From positions 20,973,709 through 21,023,918 of the forward strand of contig NC_068991.1 in assembly GCF_001194135.2 (NCBI RefSeq): a stretch of 50,210 nt of DNA. The letters are read 5' to 3'. Both the position numbers and the translations under genes were made by a program. Position 1 is the first letter of the stretch. Every line of letters starts with the position of its first letter. This document shows positions 41,401-50,210 of the stretch, in pieces. Source of the stretch: Octopus bimaculoides. Lineage: Eukaryota. Under the pieces are notes generated by a model. It was not told the DNA's origin and made no database searches. It saw only the letters and a list, made by a program, of their open reading frames with translations.

Positions 41401-44400
41401 TTCTGGAGTATATCAATACATACATACATACATACATACATACATACATACAAACACACACATACACACAAACAAACATACATACATACATACATACATA
41501 CATAAATACACATATACACACATACACACACATACATACATACATACATACATACATACACACACATACACACATACACACATACATACATACAAACATA
41601 CATACACACACATACACACATACATACATACATACATACATACATACATAGGAGGGTAAGTCAAAAATTATCCGGTCATTCTCCATAACACATCTTTATT
41701 ATTGTAACACTGCCTTCTGCGCATGCGAGCTTACAGTTGGCACTATTGTGGTTACGTGATCGAAGTTTGAGCCTGATCGCGCCATTTTTCTTTCTGGCTT
41801 TACAGTGTAAGCATGGCCGCTCCACTAGCAATGCACACCAAACAAGAAGTAAGAACAGTGATCCGATTTCTCTGGTCGGAAGGTGTGTCTAGTGCTGAAG
41901 CTCATCGGAGGCTTTTAGCACAATACGGGGACACTGCACTACCGCGTAGAAGTGTGTATGAGTGGATCGAGAAGTTTAAAAGAGGCTGGACAAGCGTGAT
42001 GCACAAAGAGGGAGAAGGATGCCCGTCAGCCTCCACCACTGACGAGAAGATTCAGCAAACTCGCGAGATGGTAATGGTGAACCGGCGAGTTATCATCGAT
42101 GAGGTAGCTCGTTCTCTGCAGATTAGTCGTGGTTCTGCCTATCAAATCATCCACGATGAGCTCGGCTTCCATAAAGTCGGTGCAAGATGGGTGCCAAGAA
42201 AGTTTACCGTAGAACACGACTGTAAACGTCTTGAGGTCTGCCAACGTTTACTCGATCGCTACAACATTGAGGGTGAGGATTTTGTGATCAGAATAGTCAC
42301 AGGAGATGAAATGTGGGTCCATTATTATGAGGCAAAATCCAAAAGACAGAATATTGAGTGGGAACATCCTGGCTCGCCAGTGACTAAGAGATCTTCCGCG
42401 GGAAAGGTGATGCTAACCATTTTTTTGGACTAAAAAGGGATTATACTGGAAAACTACCTGGAAAAGGGGTAGGAGTGTACGATCAAATAGTACAAAACGC
42501 AGTGCTTTGCTGACCAACAAACTGAAACCAGCAATTCGCATCAAACGCCCAAGCCTATTGCTGAAAAAGTGTTGCTGTTGCATTACAATGCACGCCCACA
42601 CATAGTCCCTCCACCCAGACCTTTGAAACCATTAACCAATTGGCTTTTGAGGTGTTGAAACACCCTGCCTACAGCCCAGATCTTGCCCCTTCCAACTTTC
42701 ATATCTTTGGACCGCTCAAAAATAGTTCGGATGAATATGTAAAGGAAGCGGTTCATAAATGGTTGCATGACCAACCGAAACTTTCTTCCTGGAGGGAATA
42801 CGCAAGCTCGAGTGTCGCTGGACCGAGTGTCGCTGGACCGAGTGTCGCTGGACCGAGTGCATGGAAAGGAAGGAGACTATATAGAAAAATGATTTACTTG
42901 TTTATACCCTGCTTTTGTGTAAATACATTGAAAAAAGCAAGAGTGCGTATAATTCTTGACTCTCCCTCGTACATACAAACATACATGCATACATACATAC
43001 ATACATACATACATACATACATACATACATAGTCAATCCATCCATCCATCCATCCATCCATCCATCCATCCATCCATACATACATACATACATACATACA
43101 TTTTGTGTTGGCACTCCGTCGCTTACGACGTCGAGGGTTCCAGTTGATCCGATCAACGGAACAGCCTGCTCGTGAAATTAACGTGCAAGTGGCTGAGCAC
43201 TCCACAGACACGTGTACCCTTAACGTAGTTCTCGAGGATATTCAGCGTGACACAGTGTGACAAGGCTGACTCTTTGAAATACAGGCACAACGGAAACAGG
43301 AAGTAAGAGTGAGAGAAAGTTGTGGTGAAAGAGTACAGCAGCGTTCGCCACCATCCCCTGCCGGAGCCTCGTGGAGCTTTAGGTGTTTTCGCTCAATAAA
43401 CACTCACAACGCCCGGTCTGGGAATCGAAACCGCGATCCTATGACCGCGTGTCCGCTGCCCTAACCACTAGGCCACTGCGCCTCCACTACATATACATAC
43501 ATACATACATACATACATACATGCATGCATGCATACACACATGCATATGCATGTATGTATTAATATACGTATGCGCATTTGTTTATGCTTGTATCTATCT
43601 GTGAGGTCTAAACTAACAAAACTATTCAATAATGAGACTAAAATTCTCCATCTGGACATCTTCCCTGCTTTTTTTTTTATCTACCTTATACACAGTTTTC
43701 CTGTGTTTCAGAATAAATTCTTCACGAACAATACGTGTATTACACCAAATGTATTCAGGTGAGTCTGAATACTTGAGAACCAAAGCACAAAAATAGAGGA
43801 AGAGAATGACAATTGGATGAGAAAATAAAGGGTGAAGATTCCCTTCGGTCATGAATGATCATAGAACTGTACCTAAAAGTTCCCTTCAGAGGCACAAATC
43901 CGGGCAAGCTTGTTTATGAAAGACCAGCAGTCGTCCATGCATACCATCCTCTCCTTTCCACGCCACTGATGTTATCCAAGGGAAAGGCAAAGAGGCCGAT
44001 ACAGTTTGGCACCAGTGACGTCACAACTCATTTCTACAGCTGAGTGAACTGGAGCAACGTGAAATAAAGTGTCTTGCAAGTCACACAACCCGGTCTGGGA
44101 TTGGAACTCACTACTTCATGATTGTGAAGTCAACGTTCTAACCACCGAGCCATGCAACTTCATATGGATCCGAGAGAATAGTAGATAAATAAAAAAGAAG
44201 AAATATGCTTAACCAAATGAATGCGTAGAAAGTAAACGAAGACGAAAGAAATCTGATTCTGCCATGCGAGACGCACTGAGTGGAATCTCCCAGACATAGG
44301 AACCAACTGAAACTCTAGATGGGTGGTTCTCAACCATTTTTTTCTCTATGGAACTCTTTGATCCCTATTTTACGCGGATGGACCTTCATAAATATTCGAT

Positions 44401-47181
44401 GTTTTAAACATCCCATTATATTTTTATAATTAAATATCATTAGGAACTGTATAAAGAAAATTGTTAAAATATTTTGTGTATCGAAGAAGTATATCCAATT
44501 TATTGCACATAGATTTTAACAACAACATTTTATATGACCTCCAAGAGCCATATGGACCCCGATTAAGAATTGTTGCTTCAGAGCAAAGGCAGAGGAGATT
44601 ACGTTAGTTTTCTTACAGCTGAGATATCACATTACAAGAACTTCTTAACTGCATCACTCCAACGAGTTTTTACAACTACAGATTAGCTATGTCATTACAA
44701 CCATCACGGAGTTTGGGTTATTTCATTACAAGTAAAACTGATCTTTTTGAATGCAAATAACAGTTAATATAAAATACTGAACCATTAGAACCACCACCAA
44801 TGACTGAAATAACCTATAGAAAGGATTGAAAAAAGGGTACTTACAAGAAATCTATAATAAAATATCCGGACAGAACGGCGTTAAGCAAGAAATACGTATT
44901 CCATCCGTAATCCTTCAACATATATGCTATGAAACCAGTAATAGTAGAATAGATGTTCCAGATAAACATAAATAGACCAGACATAATGATACGTTTTTCC
45001 TTTGGGTATAACTCACAAACTAACGTTATAGAGCTGATAACATAAGTCTGAAATGCAACAAAAGATAGACAGTTGGTATAATGATATACTTTGAAACGCT
45101 GAACATTATTTTACAGTAAAATCAATCTTAATAGCACCAAGTGGTGCTATCAAGTTAGACGAGGCTTGGGATAATAATCCTTTCTGCTATAGGCACAACG
45201 TCTTAAATTTCTTGGGAAGGGGATAGTCGATTAAATCGACCTAAGTAACCAACTGGTACGTATTTTATCAATCTTAAAAGGACGAAAGGTAAAGTCTACT
45301 TCGGTGGAATTTCACTACAATGCTGCGAAGCATTTGTCCGTCGTGCTAACAATTCTACCAGTTCGCAGCCTTATGGCTTGGAATAATAATGGCTAAAATT
45401 TAAGTTATCTAAGTTATTTGACATTATCAATTTTATGTGTTTAAATTACAGTAAAATATATTTTAATAGTTGAAGACAGCCGAGTCAACTGGCTCGATAA
45501 TACGTATAGTATGATAGCAGCTGTGAAATATATCTGGTTGAGACAATTAACTTCCTAGTGGTTCGATCCACTTTATTCTCAAAATGTACTTTGTAATACA
45601 TACACCTCGCTTTTGTTTAGTCCAGTCCAGATCAGTCCAGTTCAGAGTCAGTCAAGCCAGGACTATCTTGTCATTTTATACAGTGTGTTCTTTCCTTTTC
45701 TCAAGTCGTTAGGTTGTGATTTGAAGGAAATTCATCAGCTTATTCTTGCAAGTCATGTGATTACATAGAGTTTTTTTGTTTGACGAATAGAGTTCCTATT
45801 ATATTATTCTTGTTATTGGTGGTAGTGGCGTTAGTGATATTCTTGTTTAACAGCTGGTCAAATATGAGCGAGCAGATCTTTATTCATAGACTTTCCAGCA
45901 GTGACCATTTCATTTATTTACTGAAAACTGTAGAGCGTGGTTTGAAATGGGTGTGTTTCTACTTTTAGTAGGCAGTATGATTACATATAAACTCACTTGT
46001 TGACTCAAGGTAATTCACTTTTGTAAGAGGTGACTGCAATCCACTACGCTGATTTTAGAACAGAAATATACAGATAGAACTTCTTTCTGAACTACAATTC
46101 TAACATGGAGAGGTACAGACCCTTACAACTCATTTGTCATCGTTTCACTGCAAAAGTTTGAGGTCTTCAGTGGTGTGCGCTTCATCCAAAAATGTTGTAA
46201 GATTCACTATCCAGTGTATTTGAAAAAATCCCACAAAATGAGTAATATGTAGAAATAATGTAAAAGTGTAATAGTATCGTACACTAAGACGGTGAGCTGG
46301 CAGAAATGTAAGTATCAACGTTTTTTTGTTGATATTATTTTAACAGTTGAGGCAACGAGCTGGCTGAATCGTCAGCAGGCCAGGAAAAATGTTTAGCGGC
46401 ATTTAGTCCAATTTTGCATTTTGAGTTCAAATGCCGTCAGGGTCGAGTTTACCTTTTATCATTTCGGGGTCGATAAAGTAAGTACCACTTGAACACTGGA
46501 GTGTATGTAATCGACTTCTCCTCTCCTTTGAACTTACTTGCCTCGTGCCAAAATTTGTAATCAAGGAAATCATGCACCATTCACAAAAGTTATGTCCAAG
46601 GTACGGTTGCATAATAATATATAACCGTCACTGTCGAGGAAAACTGTAATAAATGGGTTGTTGGAGATAAAAATAAAATAAACATACATTTTGTTTTATA
46701 GAATGATGATTTGGTTAGCATAAAATAGATCTCCGTAGATTTCGACGATGAGTATTTCAGTTATTGGATCAACCGAAATATCTGCTTGTTCAAATTAACC
46801 TGTAAAAGAGCTGAGTATTCCATAGATATATGTACCTCTATTGCAATTCTCAGGTAGAATAAGTATGACACAGTATATGACAACACGCTTTACATTACCG
46901 ATATAATCAATCCTATGAATCTTGTATAGTTTCTATCTTCTCATTTTCATAAACAAAGACTTTATTCGATCGGAGGTTATGTTAAAAACCTTTAACATGC
47001 TAAGCAGGAAATTGGAACCAGAATCTCGTTAAACATATATATATAACAATGCGAACAAAAACATGCACACACAGAGGGGAAAAACTGAAACTGTCAAACA
47101 CTGAAATATTTTGAATTCTTGAATTAAATACATACACATACACGTGTATATTAATAAATACATATACAAATATATATATGT

Positions 47182-47266
<85 letters not shown>

Positions 47267-48617
47267 CGCGTGTACGAACATATAATTCTCTGTGTGGGTG
47301 CATGCTTATGTTTGTATGCATGTGTGGGAGTGAAGTGCGTTTGTGTGAATATTTTTGTGTTCATATCCACGAAAAAAGAATTACCTCTCTTAATACTCCA
47401 GTGAAAAATCTCATGACTGCAAACGTCCAATAAAACGGCGAAAATGCGGCTACAAGATTGAAGATTATCAACATTAAATTACTTGACACTCTTAGAGGTT
47501 TCCGTCCAAATCTTTCAATCAAATATGGTGACATAAGACCACTGATGACTTGACCTAAGATAAAAACTGTTTGAGTTGATTCAGCCAGTCCACTTTTGTT
47601 GCACACCAGATCCCACTGCAAAAGTAAATGTACTTAATAAAGAAATATAATTGTATGGTTAATATACAGTTATGTCTAGATGATTTTAACAATTATCCCC
47701 ATGTCGGTTCTGTTCCAGCAGGCGTAATATTAAAAATATTTCAAATCTGAGCATGTAATTTTTTTTTCATTTTCAAATTAGTTTAACTAAGACTATTTCG
47801 AAGCGCCCGTCCGTTTTCAAGACAGTACAGCTGCAATATCTTGCAGTTTAAGCTACCAACTTGATGCGTACTTGTTATCTCGCGTGTCTTTTCAGTGTTA
47901 GGTGTTTAGAGATAATATTTCTTTAAAAAAGAACTATAAAGATTTTAAAAGTTTTAAAGGGAAGCAATGTTTCCAATGAAAATTTTAACTGAATTAGAAT
48001 GTGATTATAAACAGAGATCAACGAAAAATGAAATTGTATTTATGCTGTTTTCCTTAGGTACAATTGAAACAACTGAAACTGAAATTTAATGGTTTATTAA
48101 AGAATGAAAATATATAATAGAGCGCAGATACACAATTTTTAAATAACGTGTCTATTTTTTCATTCACTTATCAAATCTAATAATTTAATTAAGGAGTGAC
48201 TGATTGATTGATTGATTGATTGATTGATAGATTGATTAATTAATTCATTTACGTGCAAAAGAGTACTAAATGTTATATCCCAGAAAGTTATAATGTCCAT
48301 AGCTTTCCTACAGACTACAAACCACAGACAGATGACATAAAATTATCACGAACAGAAATGAATTCTGAAACAACAAAACAACAATTTAATACAGTAACAG
48401 AATCAACCCACCTCTGACACTATAGACGTATCAGCTGGTGTGGTATAGGAATAACCATTCAGACAGTTCAAGGTTTGGTTCTCAGTCGTAGTCCCTTCAT
48501 CGTTATTGATGTGTATGGAGCATTTATCATATGTCAGACTGACTTCATTGGTCGATATGTTGTATTGGTTGAACTGAGAATCTGTCAGATTGTTACATTT
48601 GTATTCAGGAGTGATGG
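31518..48617 (-). CDS. SLC22-family transporter gene B (9 exons: 48617-48412, 47615-47385, 45047-44845, 41256-40930, 39297-39163, 37244-37159, 35486-35366, 34026-33954, 31691-31518; about 517 aa, TM1 exon not found)
   Basis: All introns are GT-AG and the spliced frame is open (1556 nt). Motifs: TPEYKC, SIVSE|[54 protein letters not shown]. The extracellular loop has four Cys and several N-x-S/T sequons. Confidence 0.93.
33954..34026 (-). CDS. Gene B exon: TM11
   Basis: ctgtAG|g...ttg|GTaagt; reads [25 protein letters not shown]. Confidence 0.9.
35366..35486 (-). CDS. Gene B exon: TM10 and ELYPT motif
   Basis: tttaAG|ag...cg|GTaagg; reads [41 protein letters not shown]. Confidence 0.92.
36102..36520 (+). 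mobile_element. RTE-type LINE 3' end with three C2H2 fingers and (ATGT)n tail
   Basis: [21 protein letters not shown], a frameshift, then [21 protein letters not shown] and [21 protein letters not shown]; stop at 36446, ~45-nt UTR, tetranucleotide tail. Confidence 0.7.
37159..37244 (-). CDS. Gene B exon: TM9
   Basis: gctAG|a...gcag|GTaata; reads [29 protein letters not shown]. Confidence 0.88.
37431..38285. mobile_element. Non-autonomous mariner with two inverted 5' ends
   Basis: TIR ccaggtctgatcaataagtatccgga with TA at both flanks; ~200-250 bp of inverted similarity; plus-strand remnant [14 protein letters not shown]...SAKFVPKL. Confidence 0.85.
39163..39297 (-). CDS. Gene B exon: TM7-TM8
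   Basis: ttatAG|g...cg|GTaaca; reads [46 protein letters not shown]. Confidence 0.88.
40930..41256 (-). CDS. Gene B exon: central loop
   Basis: ctatAG|t...tg|GTaagg; reads [31 protein letters not shown]...[18 protein letters not shown]. Confidence 0.93.
41417..41650. repeat. Compound (CATA)n/(CA)n microsatellite; similar tracts at about 1-62, 13805-13910, 17590-18080, 29470-29830, 35755-35842 and 47170-47262
   Basis: Direct inspection. Confidence 0.95.
41651..42969 (+). mobile_element. Full-length (1319 bp) mariner, irritans/Himar-like, disrupted ORF
   Basis: TIRs match 19/24 with TA flanks; ORF 41813-42433 has HTH, ARWVPR and TGDEMW; downstream [20 protein letters not shown]. Confidence 0.93.
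43101..43487 (-). mobile_element. Full-length OK-like SINE inserted in (CATA)n
   Basis: Near-identical to 6639-7026 and 20034-20422. Confidence 0.9.
44317..44580. mobile_element. Possible degenerate hAT-type MITE
   Basis: Left end gtggttctcaacc next to tctaga; the right end is only weakly complementary. Confidence 0.3.
44845..45047 (-). CDS. Gene B exon: TM4-end to TM6
   Basis: ttcAG|act...tt|GTaagt; reads [67 protein letters not shown]. Confidence 0.92.
47385..47615 (-). CDS. Gene B exon: TM2-TM4
   Basis: tgcAG|tgg...gag|GTaatt; reads [43 protein letters not shown]...[10 protein letters not shown]. Confidence 0.94.
48412..48617 (-). CDS. Gene B exon: large extracellular loop
   Basis: ttttacAG|cc...gag|GTgggt; reads [68 protein letters not shown]. 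Confidence 0.9.
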
Positions 48618-49047
48618 CTGTAAAATAAAGTTCATTGATGTCAAGTCAGCTTTTAATGCAGACTATAACACTAGTTAAACATAAGCTTCCTTATCTACAT
48701 TAAGCAGTAAACTTTACTGTTCCGAAGTAACTTGGTCATAAACATATAGATATAGCTAGAGCATGTACAGGGAATTAGCCATAAGCCTTGTTCGAAGAAT
48801 AGGCTAAACTAATGGTAAATTATATCTATAGGCTAAAATGTAGGTACAATACAACTTTTATAGATAGATTGTAAAATGTTATAACCTAAGCAGCAGGTTA
48901 TACAGAAAACTTTATAGGTTAAAAATGTATAAATTATATATGAAAACTATAGGTTAAATTTATACTGTAAACGTTAAATATAAAAATCTGTACTTAATAA
49001 AAGATAAATAGGTTAAATATAAACATTTATAAGGTATATATCTTTAA

Positions 49048-49881
49048 CATAGTAACATAAGATTTACCACTGAACACCCCGATAAAGATGGTTCTTTATC
49101 TCTACTAGACTTCCATCTTAAAATAACAAAGGGAGGTAATATATACACCGACTTCTACAGGAAAGCTGCCAGTAGAGGACTGTTTGTGAATTATAGATCA
49201 GCCCTACCCCTCGGTACTAAAACGGGATACATAAGAAATGAACTAGCACGTATCAAGAATGAATGTAACAAAGTTAGAGACCATATCACTTACACCGTAC
49301 ACTTCACAGATATACGGAAGCTGAATGGCTACCCTACATCCACAATAAACCGAATTGAAAACCAAAAGCGCCGCAGACATAAGAATTTCTCTAACACCTG
49401 CTTCATGAAATTACCACATTTCAATGAAAGCATAACCACAGCAATTCGTAGAGCCATACGGAACGATGGACTAGACATACAATTAGCACACTCCGGCCCC
49501 TCTCTGCGCGGATACCCGAATAAAAAGCAATCTAAAGATAACAATCAATGCTCATTAACTAACTGTCCTATCCGCGATACAGGCATGTGCCAGCGGACAC
49601 ATGTAGTATACCGAATGGAATGCAACAAATGTAAGGCGTTTTATATAGGCAGCACAACTCAAACTTTGCATACACGCAATAAGAAACATCTCAACACACG
49701 CGCATCCTCATTCGAAAAACACATTGATAAATGTAGAAATACCAACAGACAATTTGAAGTTACCATTGAAGCCAATGATAGAAATCTCGGCAACTTAGGA
49801 ATTAAGGAAGATTTGATTATCTATAAATTAAACCCACAAATAAATGATAGATTGGAGCTACGCACGCAATACATAACATGA
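49048..49881 (+). mobile_element. Penelope-like element, 5'-truncated ORF (RT C-terminus plus GIY-YIG)
   Basis: Stop-free frame 49048-49881: FTTEH...LSLLDFHL, YTDFYRK, HVVYRMECNKCKAFYIGSTTQTLHTR...H and IYKLNPQIN. Confidence 0.9.
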
Positions 49882-50066
49882 CATACACATACAGGCACAT
49901 TTGCTACATATTAGAAAAGAGGTGATGAAAATTGATTTGTGGAGCGATAAGTTAATAATTGATGTCACTAACATTGTCAAAGAAGAGAAACGCTTGAAAA
50001 TTCAAATATAATCATAGAATTATTTTATCTCCGACCAAAAACATCTTTCTAAGGACAGTTCCTTTT

Positions 50067-50108
50067 TAACCCTGAAGAAGGGATTTGTATGTCCAGAAAT
50101 ATTGGATA
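50067..50108 (+). ncRNA. Candidate PLE-associated minimal hammerhead ribozyme (degenerate)
   Basis: taacc CTGAAGA agggatttgtatgtcca GAA ATAT T ggata; canonical core, 190 nt downstream of the PLE stop. Confidence 0.55.
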
Positions 50109-50210
50109 CATATACGATCAAAGATTACCAGGTAACTTACTTTTAGTTTACGTTACCTCATCTTAAAATCTATTTGCATTGTTTGGCCTTTTACATCTTT
50201 CAACGTTATA

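Noticed and set aside
46740-46790. gatga...gaaatatc as another hammerhead
   Set aside because: The core is incomplete, and the stretch aligns to the OK-like SINE body.
48620-50210. First (TM1) exon of gene B
   Set aside because: No convincing frame with an FGxFQ-type motif and phase-1 donor was found; it probably lies beyond the window.

Overview
AT-rich animal genomic DNA with 12 N-gaps and abundant (TA)n, (CA)n, (TATG)n and (TAA)n microsatellites. The SINE families present suggest an octopod cephalopod such as Octopus (inference from recalled repeats, not a database match). Most ORF-track entries are microsatellite or gap artefacts. Manual splice reconstruction gives two multi-exon SLC22-family (organic cation/anion MFS) transporter genes arranged tail-to-tail. 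Gene A is on + with its last 6 exons at 4547-18632; gene B is on - with 9 exons at 48617-31518 and lacks only its TM1-containing 5' part. They share exon phases and lengths but differ strongly in pore-lining helices, and gene A needs a GC-AG intron. Introns and the 12.9-kb intergenic region are filled with mariner, Tc1 and MULE transposon remnants, MITEs, R4/Dong-like, Tx1/L1-like, RTE and Penelope-like retroelements, and tRNA-derived SINEs. The most unusual signals are a TIR-bounded element carrying a 72-nt tRNA-shaped Pol III cassette, minimal type-I hammerhead-ribozyme folds (one with a non-canonical CUGUUGA core, sense in the last intron of gene A), a ~500-bp inverted repeat just past gene B, and a mariner built from two 5' ends.
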